Shown one piece after another: positions 1 to 9,763 of a stretch of DNA of 64,000 nt; position 1 is the stretch's first letter, and each line of letters opens with the position of its first letter. The notes under the pieces were generated by a model. The model worked only from the letters and a program-made list of their open reading frames with translations, made no database searches and was not told where the DNA came from. The position numbers and the translations under genes are program-made. The DNA comes from Candidatus Moraniibacteriota bacterium (GTDB taxonomy: Bacteria; Patescibacteriota; Minisyncoccia; Moranbacterales; UBA9337). Location: positions 161,163 to 225,162 of the forward strand of contig JALSQF010000010.1 in the NCBI GenBank assembly GCA_026985555.1, in the 5' to 3' direction.

Positions 1-1568
1 TGTTTACTGCTCTTAATTTTCTGAAATATTTCTTTAGTAATTTTTTCATTTTTTTTAGCAATACCCTTAATGTCTTCATTTAAAATTCTTCCTATTAAAT
101 TACTATCACTGTTTTCCATTTCCTTAATTAATTTTAGATAAGGAGTTTCTAAAAATCCATAATCATTGATTCTAGCATAAGTTGCCATGTGTCCCACTAA
201 ACCAATATTAGGACCTTCTGGAGTTTGAACAGGGCAAATTCTTCCATAGTGAGAATGATGAACATCACGCACTTCAAACCCTGCTCTTTCTCTAGCTAAT
301 CCTCCAGGGCCCATAGCAGAAAGTCTTCGTTTATGTTCTAATTCTGCTAATGGATTTATTTGATCCATAAATTGAGAAAGCTGAGAACTAGAAAAAAATT
401 CTTTTATAGCAGCTGCTACGGGACGAGAATTAATCAATTGTCCAGGAACTACTGTTTCTATATCACAAGTACTCATTCTATCTTTAATATTTCTTACCAT
501 TCTTGTAAAACCTATTCTTAATTTATTTTGGACTAATTCTCCTACTCCCCTAACTCTTCTATTGCCTAAATGATCAATATCATCTGCCTGTGCTAAAGGA
601 TCATTATTCATTTTAATAATTTCTTTTACTATCAAAACAAGGTCTTCTGTTCTCAACGTTCTATTTTCTTCTGTATTAGGCACATCTAAATTCAAACGTT
701 GATTAAGGCGATAACGTCCCACTTTACCAAAATCATAACGTTCAAAATTAAAAAACATTGCATCTATCATTTGTTTTGCGTTTTCCTCTGTTGCCATATC
801 TCCAGGACGAATTCTACGATAAACTTCTTTATAACCTTCTCCTTGTGTTTTAGCTAAATCTTTCTCAAGTGTATTGTTGATATAATTAATATCTCCAGTA
901 TCAACATCCGAAAACAATTCTTTAATTTCTTTATCTGTTCCAAATCCAAAAGCTCTTAATAAAGAAGTTATTGCTATTTTTCTCTTCCTATCAATTTTTA
1001 CCCAAATTACTCCACTTGCATCAGTATCAATCTCTAACCAAGCTCCTCTATTAGGAATAATTTTAGCACCAAAAACTTTTTTTCCTTTTTGATAACTACT
1101 AGTAAAGAAAACTCCAGGACTTCTAATTAACTGACTAACCACTACTCTTTCTACTCCGTTAACAATAAAAGTTCCTCTTTCTGTCATGAGAGGCAAATCT
1201 CCTAAATAAATTTCCTGTTCTCTTACTTCTCCGGTTGATTTAATTAATAAAGTAGCTTTAGTTCTTAATGGCGCTTCATAAGAAATATTTTTATTTTTAG
1301 CTGTTCTTTCATCATATTTTGGTTCATCTAGATAATAATCACTTATAGTTATTTCCATATCTTTTCTGGAAAAACCTTGAATTGGATTTATTTCATCTAA
1401 TAGCTCCTGAATCCCCACATCTAATAACCACTGATAAGAATTAGTTTGAGCTTCAATTAAATTAGGAAGAGAAATCATTAAACGTTTTTTAAAAAACTTT
1501 CTTTTTGAAAGAGAAGAAGATTGACTAAAACTTCTTTTAATTTTTAAAGTTTTTTTACCTTTAAGCAT
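1..1568 (-). CDS. rpoB: RNA polymerase beta subunit (5' part; runs off the window edge)
   Basis: Manual translation from ATG at 1568: LPNLIEAQTNSY, YLGDLPLMTERGTFIVNGVERVVVSQLIRSPG, DDIDHLGNRRVR, RDVHHSHYGRICPVQTPEGPNIG. Confidence 0.98.
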   Translation of the reverse strand, partial: MLKGKKTLKIKRSFSQSSSLSKRKFFKKRLMISLPNLIEAQTNSYQWLLDVGIQELLDEINPIQGFSRKDMEITISDYYLDEPKYDERTAKNKNISYEAPLRTKATLLIKSTGEVREQEIYLGDLPLMTERGTFIVNGVERVVVSQLIRSPGVFFTSSYQKGKKVFGAKIIPNRGAWLEIDTDASGVIWVKIDRKRKIAITSLLRAFGFGTDKEIKELFSDVDTGDINYINNTLEKDLAKTQGEGYKEVYRRIRPGDMATEENAKQMIDAMFFNFERYDFGKVGRYRLNQRLNLDVPNTEENRTLRTEDLVLIVKEIIKMNNDPLAQADDIDHLGNRRVRGVGELVQNKLRIGFTRMVRNIKDRMSTCDIETVVPGQLINSRPVAAAIKEFFSSSQLSQFMDQINPLAELEHKRRLSAMGPGGLARERAGFEVRDVHHSHYGRICPVQTPEGPNIGLVGHMATYARINDYGFLETPYLKLIKEMENSDSNLIGRILNEDIKGIAKKNEKITKEIFQKIKSSK

Positions 1569-1793
1569 AAAAACACTTCTCATTTTTTCTTGTCTTGATA
1601 AATTTCTTGAAGACAAAAATTTAATGAGATTAATTTAAAATATTTAATTATTTATGACAATAAAGAGAAACATTCACCCTTATTTATGTAAAAAAGTAAT
1701 AATCAGTTTATTTAATTTAATAACTTATTTTTTATTCTAAAACAAATAATAACATATTTATATATTCTGTCAAGACAATCATAAGTATTAACA

Positions 1794-2468
1794 TTATAAT
1801 TTTATTTTCAAACTTGGTCCCATTGTGGAACATAAAGATATTCCTAGAATATACTTATTTTTTAATGTTTTTGGTTTCACTTTTTCTAACGCTTTTATAA
1901 AAACTTCGTAATTTTCTTTTAATTTATCTGCTCCGAAAGAAATCTTACCAATAATTTGGTGCACATTTCCTGTTTTATCATTTTTAAATTCTTCTTTTCC
2001 TTTCTTAAGTTCACTTATTGCTTCTCTTATTTTATTTGTAACTGTTCCTGTTTTAGGGTTAGGCATTAAACCACGTGGACCTAAAATTTTAGCTACACTA
2101 GCTAACTTAGGCATCATTTCAGGAGAAGCTATTAAAACATCAAAGTCTATTTTTCCTTTTTTTATTTCCTCAATAAGTTCTTCTCCGCTTACTATATCTG
2201 CTCCTGCTTTTTTGACCTCATTTTGTTGTTCAAGAGTAATAACTGCTATTTTTTTACTTTTACCAGTTCCGTTAGGAAACACCACGCTTCCTCTAACTTG
2301 TTGATCTCCTTTTGTTGCATCTATTCCTAATTTAATGTGAACTTCTACTGATTCATCAAAATTTGCTAAAGGATGAGTAACAATAAAATCAAGCGCTTCT
2401 TTTATTGAGTAACTATTTTTTTCTCTTATTTTTTTTACTATGTTGCGATATTTTTTACCTTTTTTCAT
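1794..2468 (-). CDS. rplA: 50S ribosomal protein L1
   Basis: FDESVEVHIKLG, LGPRGLMPNPKTGTV, STMGPS. Confidence 0.98.
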   Translation of the reverse strand: MKKGKKYRNIVKKIREKNSYSIKEALDFIVTHPLANFDESVEVHIKLGIDATKGDQQVRGSVVFPNGTGKSKKIAVITLEQQNEVKKAGADIVSGEELIEEIKKGKIDFDVLIASPEMMPKLASVAKILGPRGLMPNPKTGTVTNKIREAISELKKGKEEFKNDKTGNVHQIIGKISFGADKLKENYEVFIKALEKVKPKTLKNKYILGISLCSTMGPSLKIKL

Positions 2469-2482
2469 ATTTTATAATTAAA

Positions 2483-2528
2483 GTGGTCTCTGATAATATA
2501 TTCATTAAAATAACATATTATCTCCCAC
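2483..2528 (-). promoter_or_regulatory. L1-binding leader hairpin (autogenous control site) upstream of rplA
   Basis: Minus strand GUGG-GA-GAUAAUAU...AUAUUAUC-AGAGA-CCAC: two stems with an asymmetric purine loop, resembling known L1 mRNA operators. Confidence 0.7.
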
Positions 2529-2553
2529 GTATTAAAAAATTATTTTTTACCTA

Positions 2554-2976
2554 CTAGTTTTCTACCTGTATACCCATATTACGAGCCGTTCCTTCAATAA
2601 TTTTCATAGCCGCATTTATATCATCAGCATTTAAATCCTCTTTTTTTGTTTCAGCTATTTCTTTTATTTGTTGTTTAGTAACTTTACCTACCTTATCTGT
2701 CAAAGGATTACCAGATCCCTTTTTAATACCAGCTGCTTTTTTTAATAATTCCGCCGCAGGTGGAGTTTTCATTATAAATTTAAAAGAGCGATCTTCAAAA
2801 ACAGTAATTTCCACAGGAATTATATCTCCTCCCTTATCTTTGGTAGCTTCATTAAACTGATTACAAAAATCTTGAATATTTATTCCGTGTTGACCTAAAG
2901 CTGGTCCCACAGGAGGAGCAGGATTAGCTTTCCCTGCGGGTATCTGCAATTTAATAATTGTTTTAACTTCTGCCAT
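2554..2976 (-). CDS. rplK: 50S ribosomal protein L11
   Basis: [31 protein letters not shown]. Confidence 0.98.
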   Translation of the reverse strand: MAEVKTIIKLQIPAGKANPAPPVGPALGQHGINIQDFCNQFNEATKDKGGDIIPVEITVFEDRSFKFIMKTPPAAELLKKAAGIKKGSGNPLTDKVGKVTKQQIKEIAETKKEDLNADDINAAMKIIEGTARNMGIQVEN

Positions 2977-3013
2977 ATTTTTTAATTTAAATTTTAGAAA
3001 AATTCTTTATTAT

Positions 3014-3559
3014 TTATATCTTTTTAACTTGTAAAAAATCTAATTCTACGGGAGTTTCTCTTCCAAAAATAGAAACTAATACTTTTAATTTTCCTTTTTC
3101 TTCATCTATTTTTTGCACTTTTCCATCAAAATCTTTAAAAGGACCATCAATAATTTTAACCATTTCATTCTCTTTAATATCAATTTTATATTTTGGTTCT
3201 GATACTCCCATTCGTTTTTTAAGCATTTCTATTTCTTTTGGATCAACGGGTGTCGGAGTAGTTCCTAATCCTATAAAACCAGTTACGTTAGGAGTATTAC
3301 GTACAACATACCAAGAAGCATCAGTTACTATCATATCTACCAAAACATAACCAGGATAAATTCTCTCTTCTACTACAACCCTCTTTCCTCCTTTTATTTT
3401 GATTTTCTTTTCTTTAGGAATGATTACATCAAAAATTAAATCCTGCATATCCATAGATTCAATTCTTTGTTTTAAGTTTTTCATTACATTTTCTTCGTAC
3501 CCAGAATACGTATGAAGAACATACCAGGCTCTTCCATGATGTTGAGTTTGTTTTGCCAT
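3014..3559 (-). CDS. nusG: Transcription termination/antitermination factor NusG
   Basis: WYVLHTYSGYE, YPGYVLV, VRNTPNVTGF, KOW IIDGPF, FGRETPVELDF. Confidence 0.98.
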   Translation of the reverse strand: MAKQTQHHGRAWYVLHTYSGYEENVMKNLKQRIESMDMQDLIFDVIIPKEKKIKIKGGKRVVVEERIYPGYVLVDMIVTDASWYVVRNTPNVTGFIGLGTTPTPVDPKEIEMLKKRMGVSEPKYKIDIKENEMVKIIDGPFKDFDGKVQKIDEEKGKLKVLVSIFGRETPVELDFLQVKKI

Positions 3560-3580
3560 ATAATTAAATTAAACAAAAAA

Positions 3581-3769
3581 TTATTTAAAAACAATCATTT
3601 TAATTAATCCGCTAAATATATAATCTAAAATTCCCAAAAAAATTGCCACTGCTATACTAATAACAATAACAGCTATGGTATAGTTGGTAGTTTGCTTCTT
3701 AGTCGGCCAATTAACCTTTTTTAACTCCTCTTTTGCTTCACGTACAAATTGAATTATTTTTTGCCACAT
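3581..3769 (-). CDS. secE: Preprotein translocase SecE
   Basis: EELKKVNWPT followed by one TM helix; upstream of nusG. Confidence 0.95.
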   Translation of the reverse strand: MWQKIIQFVREAKEELKKVNWPTKKQTTNYTIAVIVISIAVAIFLGILDYIFSGLIKMIVFK

Positions 3770-3922
3770 AATATAATAATATATTTTCTAGTCTAAAAAA
3801 AGCCCTTTGGGCTTAAATTTCATATCATTTTTAACTTATCATATATTTTTTTGTTTGTCAACTATTCACATCAAATTATCCAAAATGATACTAAAAATTA
3901 TACTATTGACTATTTAAGTTTG

Positions 3923-4057
3923 TTAGGAAAAATTGATCCAAATTTTTCTTGTTCTAACATAAATTCTATATTTTAAAATCTAAAAATTGACTGATTTTTT
4001 TTGTTTATTCAAAAAACTATGTCCCTTTTAAATCTTTTCCCCAAACTGCGTTGTCAA
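3923..4057. repeat. 135-bp direct repeat, copy 1
   Basis: Matches 7462-7596 with 2 mismatches. Confidence 0.95.
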
Positions 4058-7000
4058 CTTCTGCTTTTTGGTTAACTACTGTTCCTAAATCATCATATAT
4101 TTTCTCTTCAGGTTCATCAGTGTCCTGGCCATTAAGCGCTCTTAATCTTTTGACCTCGCCTAAGCCATTAACATATCCTTTGGGCAAATTGATTGTTCCG
4201 CCATACCTTGAAGCCACTATCTGCCTGCTTGCTTGTATTGGTCTTGACAAGCTGTCTTCACTAGCCTTTAAGATGCTTTCTGCGCCAGTATTGGTTTTGT
4301 TTTGCATATATACTCCATTTAACATAGTGACCAATTCGCCCTTTTGGTCGCCAAAAAATCCAAAGACAAATCCAACAGCCTCTCTTTTTTCAGAGTTTGG
4401 CCCGGTTTTTTCTATTTGATAAACATAACTTAATGGGTCTTTCCAGATCCTGGCAATCCATTCTGCATTGCCGATGTTATGCCCTTCTATTCTGTATTGA
4501 GAAGAAGTAAAACAACACTGGGCACTGTCAGCAAAACGCAAACAAGCGATTAAATCTTCTTTTTTGTCCAAATACCTTAAAGTTATTGTTTGGCTTTTTT
4601 GTCTTATGTCTTTGTTTTTGCTTTTGTCTATTTTTTCATAGTCCATAAAAATCTCTTGCAAATGGCTTTCCCATTCAGTTAAAATTTTTTCTCCAATATC
4701 TGTTAAGTTGTCTTCTCCAATTGTTTCCCCAACAATATACCCAAACAATTTAGCTGGATCTTTAGCTTCTAACCGCTCTAAGATGCTTCTTTTTTCTTGC
4801 AGTAGTTTTTCTTTATCACCTTTGTTATTTTTTATCAATGACTTAAACTTTTGGTTTAAAGAATACTTTAATGATTTTCTTTGTTGCTCTAAACTTTTTA
4901 ACAGTTTCTTTAAGTCAACTTTGTTTTCATCTTCCCTTAAAACCGCTAGGAGTGATGTTTCCAAAACCTTTTTATCTCCTAATTTTTTCCAATTTTTGCT
5001 TAAAGCTTCTTCTACTTTATCTAAAAAACCAGGATATTTTTCTTCAATTTCTTCTGCTATACTTTCTGTATCGGTAAGGCCTGATAAGGAATTTATTTCT
5101 TGCAATAATTCATTGTCTCCTTTTTCTTCTAAATACTTAGTGTAAAACGACACCTTTAAAACTAAACCTAACTGATTCTTGCCAAAAGTGCCTTTGGCTT
5201 TGTTTTCCAATGCTTCTAATTTAGCAGAGTCAGATACATCTATTCTTATTTGTTGAACTTGCTTTGGCTGTTTCTCTAAGACTTGTCCATTTTTATCTTT
5301 AGCCTCTATTCCTTCAAAGATCCATCTTCCTTGAATTAAATTTTCGGTTATTTTCTCTACTTCTGCCTGGGAATAGTTAGTATTGTTTTTTAATAATTCT
5401 TGATATTCTTCTAAGACCTCACTACTTATTTCTCCTAATCCCTCATTGATTACTTTTAAGATAGTAGCAAATTTTTCACTGTTGTAGCTATTAACCAAAC
5501 TAAATCTGGTTTTGCCCCCGTTTAGAATATAGTAAAGAATGGCTGAGTCTTTGTCTTGGTGTAGCTTTTCAACCAACTCAAACCTATCTGAGATACTCTC
5601 AAACTGTTCTTTTTTTTCTTTAATAAGTTTTATTCTTTTGTCTATATCCTGGATATCTTCTCCTGTTTGCTCGTCTTTGTATTCTCGTTCTAAGATGTAT
5701 TCCAAAACCTCTTTGTCTGGATTTAAACGCAATTCACTGATTGTTTTTCTTATGGTCTTTAGCAACTTTTTATCTTGAGTATTTTTGTCCTTCAGATATT
5801 CGCCTAAGGAAGCAGACAAGTATTTTTGTTCAATTAATTTGTGGATTGTGTACCAAACAATCCTATCAGGCAATTCTTCTTGGCCACAAAATTGAACTGC
5901 TAAGTCAGAGGCTTTAGTGTTGTCAATTTCGCACAAAGTTTTTATTATTCTTGGCAATAATTTATGGTTCGCTGGTAAAGAACGGGCTACTTCTAAAACA
6001 GCTTGCACTGATTGATCATTATCTAAATCGCGCAATATCTCATTTATCAATCTATTGGTGTATTTTTCTTGTTTTTCTTCATCAACAATGTTTGTAATTT
6101 TTCTTAATCTCTGTGAGTATTCTTTGGTTAATTCCTTTTCCCAGTCTTCTGAAGATTTTCGTACATCAACATAACCGGCTATCATTAAATCTTTAACTCT
6201 TTCGCCAAATTCTTGACTTAATTGTTCTCTTTCTTCTTCTGTGATTATAGCTCCTAATGCTTTTGCAAATTCCTTATCATCTAAAGAAATAACTTTTTGA
6301 AGCAAGGATTGTTTTTGGGCCAAAGTTAAGTTTTTGTTGAATTCTACTGATTGATTAATTAACTCAGAGCCGACCTGGGCTTGGGCTTGGGCGATGCGGG
6401 AGAGGGCTTGGGATTTCAAAAGTGAATCATTAATATTTTCGGCAGTCTCTTTAGCTTGTTGAAAAGTCTCTTTAGCTCCTTCTATGTTTCCGGCCTGGGC
6501 TTGGGCTTGGGCGATGCGGGAGAGGGCTTGGGGCTCTAAAAGTGAATTATTAATATTTTCGGCAGTCTCTTTAGCTTGTTGAAAAGTTTCTTTAGCTCCT
6601 TCTATGTTTCCGACCTGGGCTTGGGCTTGGGCGATGCGGGAGAGGGCTCGTGATTTCAAAAATGAATCATTAATATTTTCGGCAGTCTCTTTAGCTTGTT
6701 GAAAAGTCTCTTTAGCTCCTTCTATGTTTCCGGCCTGGGCTTGGGCTTGGGCGATGCGGGAGAGGACTCGTGATTTCAAAAGTGATTCATTAATGTTTTC
6801 GGCAGTCTCTTTAGCTTGTTGAAAAGTCTCTTTAGCTCCTTCTATGTCTCCGGCCTGGGCTTGGGCTTGGGCGATGCGGGAGAGGGCTCGGGACCTCTCA
6901 TCTGAATTATTAATATTTTCGGCAGTCTCTTTAGTTCCTTCTATGTCTCCGACCTGGACTTGGGCTTGGGCGATGCGGGAGAGGGCTTGGGATTTCAAAA

Positions 7001-7499
7001 GTGAATCATTAATATTTTCGGCAGTCTCTTTAGCTCCCTCTATGTTTCCGACCTGGGCTTGGGCTTGGGCGATGCGGGAGAGGGCTTGGGACCTCTCATC
7101 TGAATTATTAATATTTTCGGCAGTCTCTTTAGCTCCTTCTATGTCTCCGGCCTGGGCTTGGGCTTGGGCGATGCGGGAGAGGGCTTGGGATTTATAATAT
7201 GAATCATTAATATTTTCAGCAATTTCTTGGGCTTGTTGAAAAGTTTCTTTAGCTCCTTCTATGTCTCCGGCCTGGGCTTGGGCTTGGGCGATGCGGGAGA
7301 GGGCTTGGGATTTATAATATGAATCATTAATATTTTCAGCAATTTCTTGGGCTTGTTTGATATTTCTCCATCCTTGAGCCCCTTTTTCTATATTTTCAAC
7401 TATTTCTTTCTCTTGAGGAGAATATCCATCCTGATTTTGTTCAGATTTGTTATTAGGTTCATTAGGAAAAATTGATCCAAATTTTTCTTGTTTTGACAT
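4017..7499 (-). CDS. Large TPR-like repeat protein with an uncharacterised C-terminal domain
   Basis: About nine repeats of ALSRIAQAQAQAGxIEGAKET(FQQAKET)AENIND, a helical middle region, and a C-terminal domain containing CLRFADSAQCCF. Confidence 0.8.
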   Translation of the reverse strand: MSKQEKFGSIFPNEPNNKSEQNQDGYSPQEKEIVENIEKGAQGWRNIKQAQEIAENINDSYYKSQALSRIAQAQAQAGDIEGAKETFQQAQEIAENINDSYYKSQALSRIAQAQAQAGDIEGAKETAENINNSDERSQALSRIAQAQAQVGNIEGAKETAENINDSLLKSQALSRIAQAQVQVGDIEGTKETAENINNSDERSRALSRIAQAQAQAGDIEGAKETFQQAKETAENINESLLKSRVLSRIAQAQAQAGNIEGAKETFQQAKETAENINDSFLKSRALSRIAQAQAQVGNIEGAKETFQQAKETAENINNSLLEPQALSRIAQAQAQAGNIEGAKETFQQAKETAENINDSLLKSQALSRIAQAQAQVGSELINQSVEFNKNLTLAQKQSLLQKVISLDDKEFAKALGAIITEEEREQLSQEFGERVKDLMIAGYVDVRKSSEDWEKELTKEYSQRLRKITNIVDEEKQEKYTNRLINEILRDLDNDQSVQAVLEVARSLPANHKLLPRIIKTLCEIDNTKASDLAVQFCGQEELPDRIVWYTIHKLIEQKYLSASLGEYLKDKNTQDKKLLKTIRKTISELRLNPDKEVLEYILEREYKDEQTGEDIQDIDKRIKLIKEKKEQFESISDRFELVEKLHQDKDSAILYYILNGGKTRFSLVNSYNSEKFATILKVINEGLGEISSEVLEEYQELLKNNTNYSQAEVEKITENLIQGRWIFEGIEAKDKNGQVLEKQPKQVQQIRIDVSDSAKLEALENKAKGTFGKNQLGLVLKVSFYTKYLEEKGDNELLQEINSLSGLTDTESIAEEIEEKYPGFLDKVEEALSKNWKKLGDKKVLETSLLAVLREDENKVDLKKLLKSLEQQRKSLKYSLNQKFKSLIKNNKGDKEKLLQEKRSILERLEAKDPAKLFGYIVGETIGEDNLTDIGEKILTEWESHLQEIFMDYEKIDKSKNKDIRQKSQTITLRYLDKKEDLIACLRFADSAQCCFTSSQYRIEGHNIGNAEWIARIWKDPLSYVYQIEKTGPNSEKREAVGFVFGFFGDQKGELVTMLNGVYMQNKTNTGAESILKASEDSLSRPIQASRQIVASRYGGTINLPKGYVNGLGEVKRLRALNGQDTDEPEEKIYDDLGTVVNQKAEVDNAVWGKDLKGT
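6370..7357 (-). repeat. Intragenic tandem repeats, 120-bp and 99-bp units
   Basis: Near-identical ctgggcttgggcttgggcgatgcgggagaggg units at 120 or 99 bp spacing. Confidence 0.95.
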
Positions 7500-7596
7500 A
7501 AATTCTATATTTTAAAATCTAAAAATTGACTGATTTTTTTTGTTTATTCAAAAAACTATGTCCCTTTTAAATCTTTTCCCCAAACTGCGTTGTCAA
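7462..7596. repeat. 135-bp direct repeat, copy 2
   Basis: Matches 3923-4057. Confidence 0.95.
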
Positions 7597-7659
7597 ATTT
7601 CGTTCTGTATGATTTTAAAATTCTTTATCAACAAATAAAAAATAACATCTATAATTAAA

Positions 7660-7944
7660 CTACTTATTGTTTAACATTTTTCTACTAAAATTTAATGCAT
7701 TTACTATTGCTTGAGCAATTTTATTAGCAGTAAAATGAGCTTCTAAATCAGAAATTAATTTTACTTCAGTAATATCTCTTAATTTGAAGTGGTTTTTTTT
7801 AAGTATAATATCTAAATGTTTTAATAAATCCTGATTTAAATTATTTAATTTGCAACATAATAACTCTTCAATAATGTTAGCATTTTTTTCCAAAATCAAT
7901 TTAACTTTTTCGCTGTTTCTTTTTAATATTATCTTTAAAATCAT
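7660..7944 (-). CDS. Short TsaB (YeaZ) N-terminal-domain-like protein
   Basis: LLKHLDIILKKNHFKLRDI...FTANKIAQAIVNALNF resembles the TsaB pattern LLxxIDxLL..L.DI...SFTGxRIGxxxAxAL. Confidence 0.55.
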   Translation of the reverse strand: MILKIILKRNSEKVKLILEKNANIIEELLCCKLNNLNQDLLKHLDIILKKNHFKLRDITEVKLISDLEAHFTANKIAQAIVNALNFSRKMLNNK

Positions 7945-7965
7945 TTTTAATTCTTAAATAATAAA

Positions 7966-8004
7966 GCCGATGGTAATAGTATAGTAAAAATTATTACCAC
8001 CGGC
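7966..8004 (-). terminator. Hairpin, likely terminator
   Basis: gccgatggtaata...tattaccaccggc, downstream of ORF 8043-8282. Confidence 0.6.
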
Positions 8005-8042
8005 AAGGATAATCTCCATTTTTCTTTTCCATAACTCATCTC

Positions 8043-8282
8043 CTATTTTATAGGTAAAAAAATAATTTTTATAGATAAAGTGCATAATAATACTCTGGTA
8101 GCCATTCCTTTCTTGGCTACCGTCCAATAAAAATTATTATACCATTTACCTAATGTTAACACCACTTTCCTCCTCCAAGACTGAGGAGGAAATTTTAATG
8201 CTAAACATCTTAATCTAATTGGATTAAGATAGTGGGCTAAAATACTATCCCAATCCCTATGGAAACGATAATTAGTGTCCAT
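8043..8282 (-). CDS. Orphan hypothetical protein with strong SD
   Basis: AAAGGAGG-N7-ATG with GTTCTTT upstream. Confidence 0.6.
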   Translation of the reverse strand: MDTNYRFHRDWDSILAHYLNPIRLRCLALKFPPQSWRRKVVLTLGKWYNNFYWTVAKKGMATRVLLCTLSIKIIFLPIK

Positions 8283-8463
8283 TTTCTTTTCCTCCTTTTT
8301 TATTTTTGTTTTTATTTTTATTTAAAGAACTAACTTATAAATAATACTGGATATTAGCTATACAAATTTCATTTATAAGTTAATTGTTTAAAAAAATAAT
8401 TATTTTCAATATTTTTCTATATTAATTATAAAATCCATCTTTTAAGTGTCAACTTAAATTCTA

Positions 8464-9735
8464 TTATTTATCCACAGCTAATAAATTAACTATTTTATCT
8501 AATTTAATAGCGTGCGAACCTTTAATTAGAACCAAATCTTGAGATTGAATAATCTCTCCAATTTTATCTTCTAATTTTTCTACATCATCAAAAAAAAGCA
8601 CTCTCTTTTTCCATTCTAAAACAACAATAGATGAAGGCAAGTTTTCAAAAGATTTCCTCATTTTTTTACCCACTAAAACAATTAAATCTATATTTAAATC
8701 CATTGCTTTCTGAATTACTTTTCTATGTTCTTGAAGAGAAATTTTACCTAATTCCAACATATCTCCTAAAATAGCTACTCTTCTACGACTAGGTAAATTT
8801 TGTAAAGTTTCTAATCCAGCCAACATTGAAATCGGAGAAGCATTATAACTATCGTCTAGAATATATATATTTTTTATACCTTTTTTAAGTTTCATTCTTC
8901 TCTTAGGAGGAGAAAATTTTTCTATATTTTTAATTATATCCATTAAATTTAATTTAAAAGAAAGCCCCGCACTTATACCAGCTAGAACAAAATAAATCTG
9001 ATGGGTAGCAATAATATTTTTTAAACGAAGAGGAATAATTTTGTTTTGATAATTTAATTTAAAAGAAATTCCATTAATTTTATAGTTTTCTGTATCTGTA
9101 TCTAAATGAATATCGGTAGCTCTTACTTTAGCTTCTGAGGAAAAACCATAGGTAAAAATATTTTTTTCTTCTTTTAATTTTTCATTAATATTAAGATTTT
9201 TTTCCTTGATTTTATTAAAATTTTCTCTAATTAATTTATCATCAATATTAATAATTATACAACCTTGATTTTTAATAACACTATTGATTAATTTATACTT
9301 TTCTTTAATAAGTTGTTTTTGATTTTTAAAAAACTTTATATGACTTAAAGAAATATTAGTTAAAATTCCAACGTCTATAGAAATAAATTTAAGTAAGTAA
9401 TCCATATCATTGGGACGATCTACTGCCATTTCTAAAATTAACACACTGGGATAAGGCCACCACAATAACATAACTAACCATTTAAAAAATATAAATGGAA
9501 AATTATACCAGGAAATATTATTTTTTATCCCTAAAATACTTAAGGGAACACCTATTTCATTATTAAAATTTTTATGACTCTTCCAGACAGAAAAAAAAGA
9601 ATTTAAAACATTAAAAACAGCCTCTTTCGTAGAAGTCTTACCCACAGAACCAGTGATACCAACAATTTTAGGACGATAACGTCTTAAAATTGTTTTTGCC
9701 ATAAATTTTAATATTTTTTCCAATGCTAATCGCAT
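8464..9735 (-). CDS. murF: UDP-MurNAc-tripeptide D-Ala-D-Ala ligase
   Basis: GITGSVGKTSTKE, NFNNEIGVP, DDSYNASP, LGDMLELG, LIKGS. Confidence 0.92.
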   Translation of the reverse strand: MRLALEKILKFMAKTILRRYRPKIVGITGSVGKTSTKEAVFNVLNSFFSVWKSHKNFNNEIGVPLSILGIKNNISWYNFPFIFFKWLVMLLWWPYPSVLILEMAVDRPNDMDYLLKFISIDVGILTNISLSHIKFFKNQKQLIKEKYKLINSVIKNQGCIIINIDDKLIRENFNKIKEKNLNINEKLKEEKNIFTYGFSSEAKVRATDIHLDTDTENYKINGISFKLNYQNKIIPLRLKNIIATHQIYFVLAGISAGLSFKLNLMDIIKNIEKFSPPKRRMKLKKGIKNIYILDDSYNASPISMLAGLETLQNLPSRRRVAILGDMLELGKISLQEHRKVIQKAMDLNIDLIVLVGKKMRKSFENLPSSIVVLEWKKRVLFFDDVEKLEDKIGEIIQSQDLVLIKGSHAIKLDKIVNLLAVDK

Positions 9736-9763
9736 ATATTAATTAAATTTATTAATAACTATA

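Noticed and set aside
6844..7197. Plus-strand AWAWAW-repeat ORF, and ORFs at 4051, 4708, 4871 and 5539
   Set aside because: Antisense shadows of the 1160-aa repeat gene.
6370..7357. Possible CRISPR array
   Set aside because: Units are 99 or 120 bp, in-frame coding, without unique spacers; no cas genes in the window.
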